Assembly (NCBI GenBank): GCA_009885545.1
Contig: VFKM01000012.1
Span: forward strand, 23,667-87,666
From: Flavobacteriales bacterium
GTDB taxonomy: Bacteria; Bacteroidota; Bacteroidia; Flavobacteriales_D; Crocinitomicaceae
Length of the DNA stretch: 64,000 nt
Reading direction: 5' to 3'
Position 1 is the first letter of the stretch, and the number at the start of each line of letters is the position of its first letter. The position numbers were made by a program, and so were the translations under genes. Below, one piece after another: positions 31,492 through 40,083 of this stretch. The notes under the pieces are model-generated. The model saw only the letters and a list, made by a program, of their open reading frames with translations. It was not told the DNA's origin and did not search any database.

Positions 31492-31917
31492 TTATTCTTT
31501 TTCTCCTTCTTTATTTGCAAAATCTCTTTTTACTTTTTTGATGAGAGGACCAAACAATCCTAACTTATGTCCGAACAATTCAACAGTAATATCCTCGAAT
31601 AAATCACTCATAAAAGGAATGACTCCATGCATATCTTCCAAAACATGATCTTGAGCAATATCTCTGATAAAAACCTTCTTACCATCAGAATTTGTTATAA
31701 ACGGTTGTCTAACAAATTTTCCTGTTCCAGTTTGAACAATATCTCCAAATAGCTTTTCTGCCAAAGCAATACCAAAAGTATTATGAAGAACAATTCTATG
31801 AACAATAGTTCCAAGATGTTCCTTAGCCGAGTCCATAAACAAGTGTACCTCCAAAAAATCTTCTGGTATCCCACCGTATCTTTTCGCAGAATTTTTTGCG
31901 TGAATCCACGGGTTCAT
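31492..31917 (-). CDS. hypothetical protein (141 aa)
   Basis: ORF track. An AAGGAG SD lies in the 22-nt leader. Confidence 0.65.
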   Translation of the reverse strand: MNPWIHAKNSAKRYGGIPEDFLEVHLFMDSAKEHLGTIVHRIVLHNTFGIALAEKLFGDIVQTGTGKFVRQPFITNSDGKKVFIRDIAQDHVLEDMHGVIPFMSDLFEDITVELFGHKLGLFGPLIKKVKRDFANKEGEKE

Positions 31918-31939
31918 TTATTTCTGGCTCCTTAAAGAA

Positions 31940-31968
31940 ACAATATCAGATTCTTGTATGAATATCAA
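31940..31968 (-). promoter_or_regulatory. sigma70-like promoter, leadered
   Basis: -35 TTGATA 31963-31968, N17, -10 TATTGT 31940-31945. Confidence 0.6.
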
Positions 31969-31974
31969 CAGAAT

Positions 31975-32178
31975 TCATTTGTTGGCCCACCATATCCATA
32001 ACTTTGGAAATTTTTTGAAGATCCATTGACTAATCAATATTTTATAAACATTTTCCCATGATCCAGAGTTGCAAATATCACAAGTAACGTCATCATAATA
32101 ATGTCGGGAGCAAAATGAATACCATTCTTGCTTAAATAAACCCCAATAACGACTCCTAAGTCTGTTAGTATAACTCAT
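31975..32178 (-). CDS. hypothetical protein (67 aa)
   Basis: ORF track. Overlaps the upstream gene by 4 nt. Confidence 0.6.
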   Translation of the reverse strand: MSYTNRLRSRYWGLFKQEWYSFCSRHYYDDVTCDICNSGSWENVYKILISQWIFKKFPKLWIWWANK

Positions 32179-32792
32179 TCAAATGCTTCACTGAAAACAG
32201 ACATAGTGAACATTTTTTCTAATTCTGCTTGTGATACCTCTGTTCGATTAGTAGGAACTATTGAATTAATTTTCCTTGTGAAGGTGCCACATACTCTACT
32301 TCCTTTGTTCAAAGTAAACCAGTTATTTCCATGTCTAACAGCTATAAGCATATTTTTATATCCATGAAACTCAAATTGCTTTGTAAAAAATGACCCATTG
32401 AATTGAAAATCAGATTTCATTGCCTTTAACATGGCTTTTTCATCATTTTTTGAATCCAGAATTATTGCTTCCCAAGCCTTTTTTGTTTTTACATATCCAA
32501 AAAGATAAAATATTATCGTGTAAGCATTTTCAATCCCCAAAGAACATAAGGATGAATCACTAAGACCATTTGGAAGCTGCTGAATATAAACATAGGCAGG
32601 TTCGGTTGTTGAATGAAGCTTACCATTCTTGTATATTTGTTTTATGCAAAAAGCTTGACTATTATAGTATTGAGATTTATAACAGTTCTGCGATTCAGTA
32701 TAATCAAATATGATTCCAGTAAAATCTTCTCCTTGTTTTGTTTTAAGAAAATCAGAACATCCTGTGCCGCCTCTAAAAAATTTGATTTCCAT
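32175..32792 (-). CDS. hypothetical protein (205 aa)
   Basis: ORF track. ATG lies 6 nt after the -10. Confidence 0.65.
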   Translation of the reverse strand: MEIKFFRGGTGCSDFLKTKQGEDFTGIIFDYTESQNCYKSQYYNSQAFCIKQIYKNGKLHSTTEPAYVYIQQLPNGLSDSSLCSLGIENAYTIIFYLFGYVKTKKAWEAIILDSKNDEKAMLKAMKSDFQFNGSFFTKQFEFHGYKNMLIAVRHGNNWFTLNKGSRVCGTFTRKINSIVPTNRTEVSQAELEKMFTMSVFSEAFE

Positions 32793-32798
32793 TGGTTG

Positions 32799-32827
32799 AA
32801 TATACCATATAACCAGAATTATATCAA
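32799..32827 (-). promoter_or_regulatory. sigma70-like promoter, leaderless configuration
   Basis: -35 TTGATA 32822-32827, N17, -10 TATATT 32799-32804, N6, ATG 32790-32792. Confidence 0.6.
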
Positions 32828-32844
32828 GATATTATCAGAGAACT

Positions 32845-33153
32845 CTATGATAATTTTATAAAAGATGTTAAGAAGTCCCAATTTTCTATACGCAATTCAC
32901 AAGTTCTTCCTTCATATAAGACAGAAACAATATAATCAAGATCTTTTGTTCTTGTAATCGAGAGTATTAGAATTGTTTTTCCAGGTTTTACTTCTCTGTT
33001 ATCCCATACAAACATTCGTTCTTGTTTATAAAACCTTATAGACCTTCTTACAAGACAAAGATCACCGGGTTTAACTTTAATGTAAAAAATCTCAACAATA
33101 TTAAAAAAACCAATAATTGCTTTATCTAAAAAAGAATCTAAGAGAAGCCACAT
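32845..33153 (-). CDS. GxLY-family small protein
   Basis: Motifs KPGDLCL ... TILILSI ... VLYEGRTCEL ... IKLS stop. Confidence 0.6.
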   Translation of the reverse strand: MWLLLDSFLDKAIIGFFNIVEIFYIKVKPGDLCLVRRSIRFYKQERMFVWDNREVKPGKTILILSITRTKDLDYIVSVLYEGRTCELRIENWDFLTSFIKLS

Positions 33154-33161
33154 GAAAATAA

Positions 33162-33428
33162 CTATCCATTTTTTTCATACCACTCCTGCTTATCTTCATA
33201 CATAAAATAAATGGTATCCCAACCCCTATAAACTAAAATATAATTCATTTTAGCATAAAACTTTGCAAATGCATTTCTGGCAACATCCTCATCAGTGCAA
33301 CATAATTCAACTTTATAAATTATTTTTTGTTTAAGGCCATCATAATAACAACAAAGAATATGATAACAGCTTCTACCCAAAATTGAAGAAAGCTCTTCAG
33401 ATGTGGCATATTCAGAGAAATCAATCAT
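33162..33428 (-). CDS. hypothetical protein (88 aa)
   Basis: ORF track. Confidence 0.6.
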   Translation of the reverse strand: MIDFSEYATSEELSSILGRSCYHILCCYYDGLKQKIIYKVELCCTDEDVARNAFAKFYAKMNYILVYRGWDTIYFMYEDKQEWYEKNG

Positions 33429-33537
33429 AATAATGTTAAAAAATAATTACAGGAATAACCCACGGATGTAATGCAAAAACATATTCCAAAACATAAGACA
33501 TACTATCAAATTGTTTCATAATATATTTCATGAGTTA

Positions 33538-33711
33538 TTAACCATTTTCGTAATAATCATAGGAACGAATGCTTTTATTCGATACAATAAAAGTATTACC
33601 ATTTTTAGAATCTTCAACTAGCATTCTTTGATCTGGTAAATCTGATATAAGCTCAACATCAAGAGAGTCTTGAAATTCTTCATTTTCGTCAACAAGAATA
33701 TATTTTATCAT
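33538..33711 (-). CDS. hypothetical acidic protein (57 aa)
   Basis: Below the track cutoff. A GGAG SD lies 5 nt before ATG 33709-33711. Confidence 0.5.
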   Translation of the reverse strand: MIKYILVDENEEFQDSLDVELISDLPDQRMLVEDSKNGNTFIVSNKSIRSYDYYENG

Positions 33712-33747
33712 ATTAGCTCCTATGAACTTTAACTATATTCAACGCAT

Positions 33748-33783
33748 CATGCAAACAGCCAATTATTTTCAGTTGTTTGCATG
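33748..33783 (-). terminator. 10-bp hairpin after 33808..34089
   Basis: CATGCAAACA-16 nt-TGTTTGCATG. No clear U-tract. Confidence 0.35.
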
Positions 33784-33807
33784 AAATAACTTTATAATTG
33801 TTTTAGA

Positions 33808-34089
33808 TCAGTGTCGGGTTCCATATGACCGCATAAATACAGGCCATAGACGTTTGCCAATTGCCCTGTATTTTGGATTCCAGACATCATCAGGATGTGG
33901 CTGAACTTGTTGTGCATTATACTCTTCCGCTGCTCTCTCCTTAACCTCTTCTGGAGAGAAGTCAATAGGTTCATCTGAGTTAAGATCAACTTCATCCATC
34001 ATCCGGTCATAGATGAGCCAGTATTGCTCATCATTCATATCGGCACCGGATAACGAAAGAGCCTTTGAAAATTCACGATTATTTGACAT
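33808..34089 (-). CDS. hypothetical acidic protein (93 aa)
   Basis: ORF track. Has an AAAGGAAA SD. The overlapping frame 33792..33995 is rejected. Confidence 0.65.
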   Translation of the reverse strand: MSNNREFSKALSLSGADMNDEQYWLIYDRMMDEVDLNSDEPIDFSPEEVKERAAEEYNAQQVQPHPDDVWNPKYRAIGKRLWPVFMRSYGTRH

Positions 34090-34151
34090 TAGTTTCCTTT
34101 GGATTTAAAAACTTTAATTGATTTAATTTGAAATAAACCCCCCATACAACC

Positions 34152-34595
34152 TCAGATACTCTCAACAAGCTCCGCCGCAGTAGTAACAGATGTAGACTCG
34201 CTCTTTTGTGGTGCAACCTTTGGTGCCTTTACTGCCTTCACAGGTGTCTCAACGCGACCTGCGCGAGCATTGGTCCCCTCACTAACCCTACGAACATAAA
34301 CCCAGGTTTTCGGTAGCTTTCCACGGCTCCTTACAGTAACCTTTTGGCGTTCATCTACGATATCACGAAGCGTGAAGATAGTCCCTCCAGTTGCACGACC
34401 GACCTTTCCAACTCGCTCCGATACTCTGAATAGTCGAGTAACCATTTCAGTTTTTGCCTCGACGTGTCGATCCAGGCGCAGATCGTGAACCTCTTGCGCG
34501 ACCTCCATTACAACTGCAATTGTGTCTCCCTTTTGTGAACGCTGGAGGGATGCAAGCGAAATAGAGTCGTTATCTGTAATTGTCTTAATTGCCAT
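34152..34595 (-). CDS. GC-rich protein with a G(R/K)xG-loop beta domain and a basic KAVKAPK tail (147 aa)
   Basis: The segment LFRVSERVGKVGRATGGTIFTL is paralogous to 11641..12399. ATG lies 6 nt after TAGGAA. Confidence 0.7.
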   Translation of the reverse strand: MAIKTITDNDSISLASLQRSQKGDTIAVVMEVAQEVHDLRLDRHVEAKTEMVTRLFRVSERVGKVGRATGGTIFTLRDIVDERQKVTVRSRGKLPKTWVYVRRVSEGTNARAGRVETPVKAVKAPKVAPQKSESTSVTTAAELVESI

Positions 34596-34708
34596 TTTGT
34601 ATTCCTATTGTTTCTTTCTGTATTCCGAACTTTGGTTTGCCACCATGGCTCCGTTTGTTCGTTTCCTTGATGCTTATGATCCTAACTCAACTCTAAGAAC
34701 TTTGCAAG

Positions 34709-34984
34709 TTATTTATCTTGTCTCTGGTTTCCAGCCACTACCGAAAAAACAAAAGAAAGTCCTCTTCTTGTTGTATTAAACAAATTATTCCTGCTTGTAA
34801 CTGCCAAAAAGCATTCTTCCCCTATGTCAAGCCCTCGACTATAGCAACGCCCAGTCACAGTCATCTCATCGTCTTCTGTGCTATCACTTTCATGTTTGTA
34901 ATCACAATAGGCACCTAATCCATTTATACCATCCCTGACACCAAAACTAAACATCTTCACTGCATCAATTTTATATTTAATCAT
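34709..34984 (-). CDS. hypothetical protein (91 aa)
   Basis: ORF track. Overlaps the upstream gene by 4 nt. Confidence 0.55.
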   Translation of the reverse strand: MIKYKIDAVKMFSFGVRDGINGLGAYCDYKHESDSTEDDEMTVTGRCYSRGLDIGEECFLAVTSRNNLFNTTRRGLSFVFSVVAGNQRQDK

Positions 34985-35259
34985 AGATCCTGCAATACTT
35001 TGATAGTTTTATCAATATCTGATCTCTGAATCATTTCAAATGATAGTAGAGATGATACAAGTTCCTTTAGGTTATATTCCTTTGAAAAAGAATATGCTTC
35101 TGAACCATTTACTTTTCTTTCTGGTCCGTTTCCATTTGAAATGGATTTTAGAAGAATATGCACTTCCATTGGTGCATCAGAACGAAGCCAAAGACGATAG
35201 TTGTTTGCGTCAGCTCTTTGAATACAAAAAAGCCTTTGAAGTCTCCAGTTAGTTTTCAT
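34981..35259 (-). CDS. hypothetical protein (92 aa)
   Basis: Start trimmed to the ATGA overlap at 35256-35259. Confidence 0.55.
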   Translation of the reverse strand: MKTNWRLQRLFCIQRADANNYRLWLRSDAPMEVHILLKSISNGNGPERKVNGSEAYSFSKEYNLKELVSSLLSFEMIQRSDIDKTIKVLQDL

Positions 35260-35720
35260 ATTTTTGAATAATCCCTTGCTCGTGAATGGGTTACAATATC
35301 TTCCAAGCATTTTGCACGGAAGAAGGACATATTCCTTATATCTGGATTCTCTAAGATAATCAACTGAATTGATTCCCTCATTGCCTGCTCTAATTTTAAA
35401 CTAAATACATAAAGATCATTGCAGGTATGATTGTGGGGAGTTATATTATAACGATTTTTAAGATATGATAAATCAAGTTTAAATTCTTCTTGACATTTAA
35501 TAAAATACGGGACTTTATTCATTGAAACAATTTTTGAAATATTCCTTTGATAATTTGCCAAGAAAACATTTAATATTCTAAAGAACAGAGTGCGACTATT
35601 TTTTCTCTTCCAATCTTCGGTTGATTTAAAAGGATAAAATTGTTTGGGGCGTTCTTTAGGAGAGTACACGATATGAATATCCAGCTTTTTTAATATTATC
35701 TGATAAAAACCTGCCAGCAC
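35256..35720 (-). CDS. hypothetical protein (start uncertain)
   Basis: ORF track. The first ATG is at 35522, and the upstream part may use a GTG start. Confidence 0.45.
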   Translation of the reverse strand: MLAGFYQIILKKLDIHIVYSPKERPKQFYPFKSTEDWKRKNSRTLFFRILNVFLANYQRNISKIVSMNKVPYFIKCQEEFKLDLSYLKNRYNITPHNHTCNDLYVFSLKLEQAMRESIQLIILENPDIRNMSFFRAKCLEDIVTHSRARDYSKI

Positions 35721-35916
35721 TGGTAGCAGAGATCAATTCTGTAACAACCTCCTCTGGAATTGCTTTGTATTCATATTTTAATTGAGGATTCCTAAATTCC
35801 ACAATTAAATTTTGGGTAACCTTATTGTAAGCAATTTTTCTAATCGAAGTAGAATTTGGAAATTCATGATCAAAGACTGTAGTGCCACCAAGAAACATTT
35901 CATCTGAATTTGTCAT
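35656..35916 (-). CDS. KTSC-domain protein (86 aa)
   Basis: Pattern IRKIAYNK..QNLIVEFRN...YEYKAIPEE....SAGRF....IKKAGYSY. Start set at ATG 35914-35916, 5 nt after the -10. Confidence 0.65.
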   Translation of the reverse strand: MTNSDEMFLGGTTVFDHEFPNSTSIRKIAYNKVTQNLIVEFRNPQLKYEYKAIPEEVVTELISATSAGRFLSDNIKKAGYSYRVLS

Positions 35917-35921
35917 ACCTA

Positions 35922-35950
35922 ATTTTATCATAAAATCCACCAAAAGTAAA
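35922..35950 (-). promoter_or_regulatory. degenerate promoter, leaderless configuration
   Basis: AATCAG-TTTACT 35945-35950, N17, -10 TAAAAT 35922-35927, N5, ATG. Confidence 0.45.
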
Positions 35951-36001
35951 CTGATTTTGCAAGTCTTTGATTTCACATAAGAATCATTTAACAAATATTA
36001 T

Positions 36002-36403
36002 ATGGAAGCTTACCACAGAAGGAGGATTGAGACCATAACCAAAGTATTTCATAGTGATCTTATGGTGATCAAGGCATTTCTTATTTTTTCCGTCGCTTCT
36101 TTGATCGTATCTGGTATTATACATTTAGTTCAAAATCTACTGTCAACAATAATGCTACTAATTGATCCATATGTTACAGAGAGAGTAAAAACTCAATATA
36201 ATTTAGCAAATAGTTCTGATGTTAAATCAGAAGAATATAAAAAAGAAAAGGATCGGATAAATGAAGAAATCACAGAATATGCTAAAACTAAATTTACCAA
36301 TGGCAGTTTAGTATTTACAATACCAATATTTTTTAAATCTATTGCATTTGGTTTGTCTGTAGGCTCTCTTACTATATGCTGCATCCTATGGTTGTTTACC
36401 TAA
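36002..36403 (+). CDS. membrane protein (133 aa)
   Basis: ORF track. Hydrophobic segments lie near the N and C termini. Confidence 0.6.
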   Translation: MEAYHRRRIETITKVFHSDLMVIKAFLIFSVASLIVSGIIHLVQNLLSTIMLLIDPYVTERVKTQYNLANSSDVKSEEYKKEKDRINEEITEYAKTKFTNGSLVFTIPIFFKSIAFGLSVGSLTICCILWLFT

Positions 36404-36454
36404 TATAATTTTAGTAACCAAACAACTTTCCATGTTACATACTAAATTACTAAT

Positions 36455-36715
36455 ATGAAAATAATAATTGACAAAATAACATTAAATAAAATCTTAGATC
36501 ATTATAGAAATAAGGCAATGGAGAAGTTCCCAGATAGAATTTTTACTCATGCTGCACAGTTTGAAATAAACACTTTTATAAAACAATATCAAGAACATAT
36601 CATCAAAAGAGAAACTCATCCTGGTTGGTCTCTTCCGATTAGGTTGATATTTGATCCAAGAGGTTGTAATATGGATGTGGAATTAGATCCGCAAGCCGAT
36701 GTTGAAATATTCTAA
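36455..36715 (+). CDS. hypothetical protein (86 aa)
   Basis: ORF track. Confidence 0.6.
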   Translation: MKIIIDKITLNKILDHYRNKAMEKFPDRIFTHAAQFEINTFIKQYQEHIIKRETHPGWSLPIRLIFDPRGCNMDVELDPQADVEIF

Positions 36716-37001
36716 TAAAAAAATTTTAAAGATAAAACGGAATGCCAACTCAGGTGACTTGTTTGCAGTACCTTGCAATTATTCAATATTTTTTTATAGA
36801 ATCGATGGAACATTTGTTCATATAGAAAAAACTGATCCAATATTTTTGTTGTTGCAGTATAATCATTTTACATGGAATCCGCATCAAAGATGTCATGTTG
36901 CTGAAGTCTCTGTTTTATATAATGGCATAGTAGGTAATATTACTGTTTTTGATAGGGATATTAAAAGAATATGGAAAAAAAAATCAAACCTGGCGACTTA
37001 G
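36699..37001 (+). CDS. GxLY-family small protein
   Basis: Motifs SGDLFAV ... DPIFLLLQ ... VLYNGIVGNI. Confidence 0.6.
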   Translation: MLKYSNKKILKIKRNANSGDLFAVPCNYSIFFYRIDGTFVHIEKTDPIFLLLQYNHFTWNPHQRCHVAEVSVLYNGIVGNITVFDRDIKRIWKKKSNLAT

Positions 37002-37177
37002 TAAAAGCCAAAACTAATCATTTATCTTATGTAAGAAAGAATGATATTTTTGTAGTTTTAAGCTCTGTAAAAACTGATTCAAATACAACATATGAAATTC
37101 TTTTTTCCGGTAAAATTTTAAAATTTTGGATTAATAATTTTTTTAAAGAAAAAGAACTATTTGAAGTTATCAGTTGA
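36971..37177 (+). CDS. GxLY-family small protein
   Basis: Motifs KPGDLVK ... NDIFVVLS ... ILFSGKILKF ... EVIS stop. Confidence 0.65.
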   Translation: MEKKIKPGDLVKAKTNHLSYVRKNDIFVVLSSVKTDSNTTYEILFSGKILKFWINNFFKEKELFEVIS

Positions 37178-37202
37178 AAATCCAAGATACACACACTAGG
37201 AT
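37174..37202 (+). promoter_or_regulatory. sigma70-like promoter, leaderless configuration (Rnl1)
   Basis: ATCAG-TTGAAA 37174-37179, N17, -10 TAGGAT 37197-37202, N6, ATG 37209. Confidence 0.65.
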
Positions 37203-37208
37203 GTCACC

Positions 37209-38402
37209 ATGTTACTAGTTCAAGAATATCTAAGGGACCATTCTCTCGAAGAGCTTGTTACAGATCATGGAGTGGAAGCTCGTGTATTTGGGCATAAAGC
37301 TTCATTCAATTATAACCAAATAGAGGCAAAAGATAATGATCCTATTGTTTGTGAATGTAGAGGTTTAATTTTATCTAAAGCTGATGGAACTGTGTTTTCG
37401 TCAGGAACTACTGTTGGGGATACGAAAGTATTGGCACAGCCATTTTTTAGATTTTTTAATTTCGGACAAGGAGCCGCTGCTCCTGTTGATTTTGATGATA
37501 AAAAACTTAAAATTTATGATAAGAAAGATGGAAGTCTTATCATTGTTTATTTTGATGAATTATCTGGAGACTATCCAGAAGCTTGCATTGCAACCAGATC
37601 AGTCTCAGAAGCTGATCTTCCAATGTCGGATGGAAGAACCTTCGCAGAGTTAGTAAAATCAACTATTTTGAAACAAACTGGGAAATACTGGGAAGAATTC
37701 TCAAATCTTTTAAGAAATCGTTGCTCATGGGGAGCAACAACTTGGTGTTTTGAATTATGCACTCCATATAATTCAGTGGTCGTTCAACACAATGAATCCA
37801 AAATGTTTTTGTTATACGCAATGAGCCAAGTGTTGCTTTCCGAATATCCAAAAGAAACATTGGATTCTATTGCGCTAACTTTAGGAGTGCAAACTGCTCC
37901 TTTATTGCATGAAGGTCCACTAACAATTGAAACTTGTATGGCAATTGTGAATTCAAGATCAGGAAAGGATTTTGAGGGTGTAGTAGCATGTGATTCTAAA
38001 TTCAGAAGAATCAAAATTAAGAATGCAGAATATCTTGCTCTTCACAAAATTACATCTTCACTTGTAACTTCTTGTAGAAGCATGGCAACTTTAATTCTAA
38101 ACGGATCAGAGGATGATATTCTCCCACTTCTTGCAAAGGAATTACAAAAAGATGTTTTAGATATGAAAGAACAAATTGTAACAACTTGTAAAGAGCATGA
38201 GTATTTTTTCCACAAAACATTTATACCAAATATAACAAGAAAAGATTTTGCAATTGCTTGTCAGCAAAACAAAGAGATGTCTATGGGATATATGATGGAC
38301 TGTTACACAAAAGGATATAAAAGTTTTATTGATTGGATGAGGAGCAAGAAAACTCTAGAAGGAGAATATCCAAAAGGATTATTAGATTATTGGTGTAAAT
38401 AA
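37209..38402 (+). CDS. rnlA: Rnl1-type RNA ligase (T4 gp63-like)
   Basis: 397 aa with motif I KKDGSL (T4 Rnl1 KEDGSL) and an upstream FFRFFNFGQ. Size is similar to T4 Rnl1. Confidence 0.75.
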   Translation: MLLVQEYLRDHSLEELVTDHGVEARVFGHKASFNYNQIEAKDNDPIVCECRGLILSKADGTVFSSGTTVGDTKVLAQPFFRFFNFGQGAAAPVDFDDKKLKIYDKKDGSLIIVYFDELSGDYPEACIATRSVSEADLPMSDGRTFAELVKSTILKQTGKYWEEFSNLLRNRCSWGATTWCFELCTPYNSVVVQHNESKMFLLYAMSQVLLSEYPKETLDSIALTLGVQTAPLLHEGPLTIETCMAIVNSRSGKDFEGVVACDSKFRRIKIKNAEYLALHKITSSLVTSCRSMATLILNGSEDDILPLLAKELQKDVLDMKEQIVTTCKEHEYFFHKTFIPNITRKDFAIACQQNKEMSMGYMMDCYTKGYKSFIDWMRSKKTLEGEYPKGLLDYWCK

Positions 38403-38422
38403 TTCAAACCGCATGGTTTGAA
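38403..38422 (+). terminator. hairpin immediately after the Rnl1 stop
   Basis: TTCAAACC-gcat-GGTTTGAA followed by an A/T-rich stretch. Confidence 0.45.
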
Positions 38423-38435
38423 TATAGTTAAATTA

Positions 38436-38783
38436 ATGGAGCCAACAATCAGGGAACTTTATCGTTACAGATTAGCTGATCCTGATTATGGTATATGGGC
38501 TTCTCCTACAAAAGAAAAATGTATTTGGTCACTATTATGTACTTGTAGAGCATGGACACAAATAGAATTTCCAAAATCAGTATATCCACGACCTAATGAT
38601 ATCTTTCTTATATTAGATTCTGAAGTTGTTTCAAACACCGATCCAGATACTATTTTTATAAGCTGTTACAATTTAATGGAATGTCGAACCAGCAATATAT
38701 TTTGGATTGGGTATGCTAATATAATTTCAAAACAAACTTTACAAACTTCTTTTTTTGACATATTTGAAAAGGTCGAACTATGA
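38436..38783 (+). CDS. GxLY-family small protein
   Basis: Motifs IRELYRY ... NDIFLILDS. Start moved to the ATG because the track's TTG lies inside the hairpin. Confidence 0.55.
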   Translation: MEPTIRELYRYRLADPDYGIWASPTKEKCIWSLLCTCRAWTQIEFPKSVYPRPNDIFLILDSEVVSNTDPDTIFISCYNLMECRTSNIFWIGYANIISKQTLQTSFFDIFEKVEL

Positions 38784-38923
38784 TTAAAATACTGTTTAAT
38801 AAAATTAAAAAATATCAAATTTCATTGGATAAAGAAGTTTATAGGTTAAGATATGTTTTCAACAATTCTAAAACTATAAAAATTTATAGAGAATTCATTA
38901 AGAGCATTATTCCAACTCAATGA
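38780..38923 (+). CDS. hypothetical protein (47 aa)
   Basis: Below the track cutoff. ATGA overlap with the upstream stop. Confidence 0.3.
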   Translation: MIKILFNKIKKYQISLDKEVYRLRYVFNNSKTIKIYREFIKSIIPTQ

Positions 38924-38988
38924 TAAAGAATACCTTTTGATGGTTTTGAGCGATTCTAGAGTCTTCTAGGCAGGTTGTAGTGCGCTTA

Positions 38989-39702
38989 TTATTTTGGAAG
39001 TTTACTGATTACGAATAATTTGTTTGGGAAAAATTTCTGAACAGATGAATCATCACATCTTAACACTTTAAAAACTTTTGAAGACCAGGATCCGGTTTTA
39101 TAGAAACTTGGTTTGTTTGGTGTATTCACAGCAATAACGAGATGAGCTTTTGTTTTTGTTACAATAAGATCTCCAATTTCAATTGATTCAAACAAGATTA
39201 GATGTTTAAGTGGAAGTAGATGTTGACGACAATAAAACCATATATGATTTTTACTATTTTCCCATAAATCTATTAAGTCAATCGAACCATCTTTTGAAAT
39301 TTTAAAACCTTTGTAAATTTTTACAGCAGCAGAAACAATATATAATTCATTTTGTTGATTATTACGAGAAGCCAGAGCTTCAAATTTTTCTTTAGAATCA
39401 ATATAAAAATATTGATTCTTTAATAAAACCATAAAACCAACAATTTGCGTAACATATGATTCTTTGTATGAAGAATCATTTAATAAATCTCCAAAAGATA
39501 AATCTTCAAATATTTTTTCTAAAGGTTTATCGAAAGTTTCTACGACTTGTTCTGCTTGAAATATTGAACGATATTTGAATGTATAATGAACATTTTGCCA
39601 CCATGTTTCTATATCTGTTGGCGAATCAATCTGAAATACAAATGTATGAGTGAGTACTCTTGGTCTAACAAGAGATCCAATATGTTGGACTCCTAGCTTC
39701 AT
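38989..39702 (-). CDS. hypothetical protein (237 aa) with a C-terminal GxLY-like domain
   Basis: ORF track. The C-terminal part carries IEIGDLIVT ... VISKLPK. Confidence 0.65.
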   Translation of the reverse strand: MKLGVQHIGSLVRPRVLTHTFVFQIDSPTDIETWWQNVHYTFKYRSIFQAEQVVETFDKPLEKIFEDLSFGDLLNDSSYKESYVTQIVGFMVLLKNQYFYIDSKEKFEALASRNNQQNELYIVSAAVKIYKGFKISKDGSIDLIDLWENSKNHIWFYCRQHLLPLKHLILFESIEIGDLIVTKTKAHLVIAVNTPNKPSFYKTGSWSSKVFKVLRCDDSSVQKFFPNKLFVISKLPK

Positions 39703-39742
39703 TTTTATTTAATTAGACGAAGCTAGGAATCTAATTTCCTAG
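39692..39742 (-). promoter_or_regulatory. two mutually exclusive hairpins around the start codon of 38989..39702
   Basis: - H2 is CCTAGCTTC (39692-39700) paired with GAAGCTAGG (39719-39727) and encloses ATG 39700-39702.
- H1 is CTAGGAA (39723-39729) paired with TTCCTAG (39736-39742).
- The two share 39723-39727. Confidence 0.45.
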
Positions 39743-39763
39743 AACTGTATTCGTTTGAAATTA

Positions 39764-40045
39764 CTATACATTTCCAGCTTCAACTTGAGCTGAATAGAAT
39801 TTGCTGAGTGTCTCGTAAAGTTCTCTCATTTGAGATCCATTTAATTGAACTTGTGCGACTCTACGAGTTCCTAATTCTGATCTTGAAATTGGAATTGTCA
39901 TTTTAAGATGAGATGCTTTTTTAGCACCAGATTGGGAAATTGTTGCACCAACAGCAGATACATCTGCTGATCTTAATTCAATTTTATTTGTTGGATTCAA
40001 GGCTCCAATATACTCTAATTTACCATTTGTAACTTCTATAAACAT
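39764..40045 (-). CDS. hypothetical protein (93 aa)
   Basis: ORF track. Confidence 0.6.
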   Translation of the reverse strand: MFIEVTNGKLEYIGALNPTNKIELRSADVSAVGATISQSGAKKASHLKMTIPISRSELGTRRVAQVQLNGSQMRELYETLSKFYSAQVEAGNV

Positions 40046-40083
40046 TTTAAACTCCTGAAACAGAGTTTAACCTATTTGTTTTA

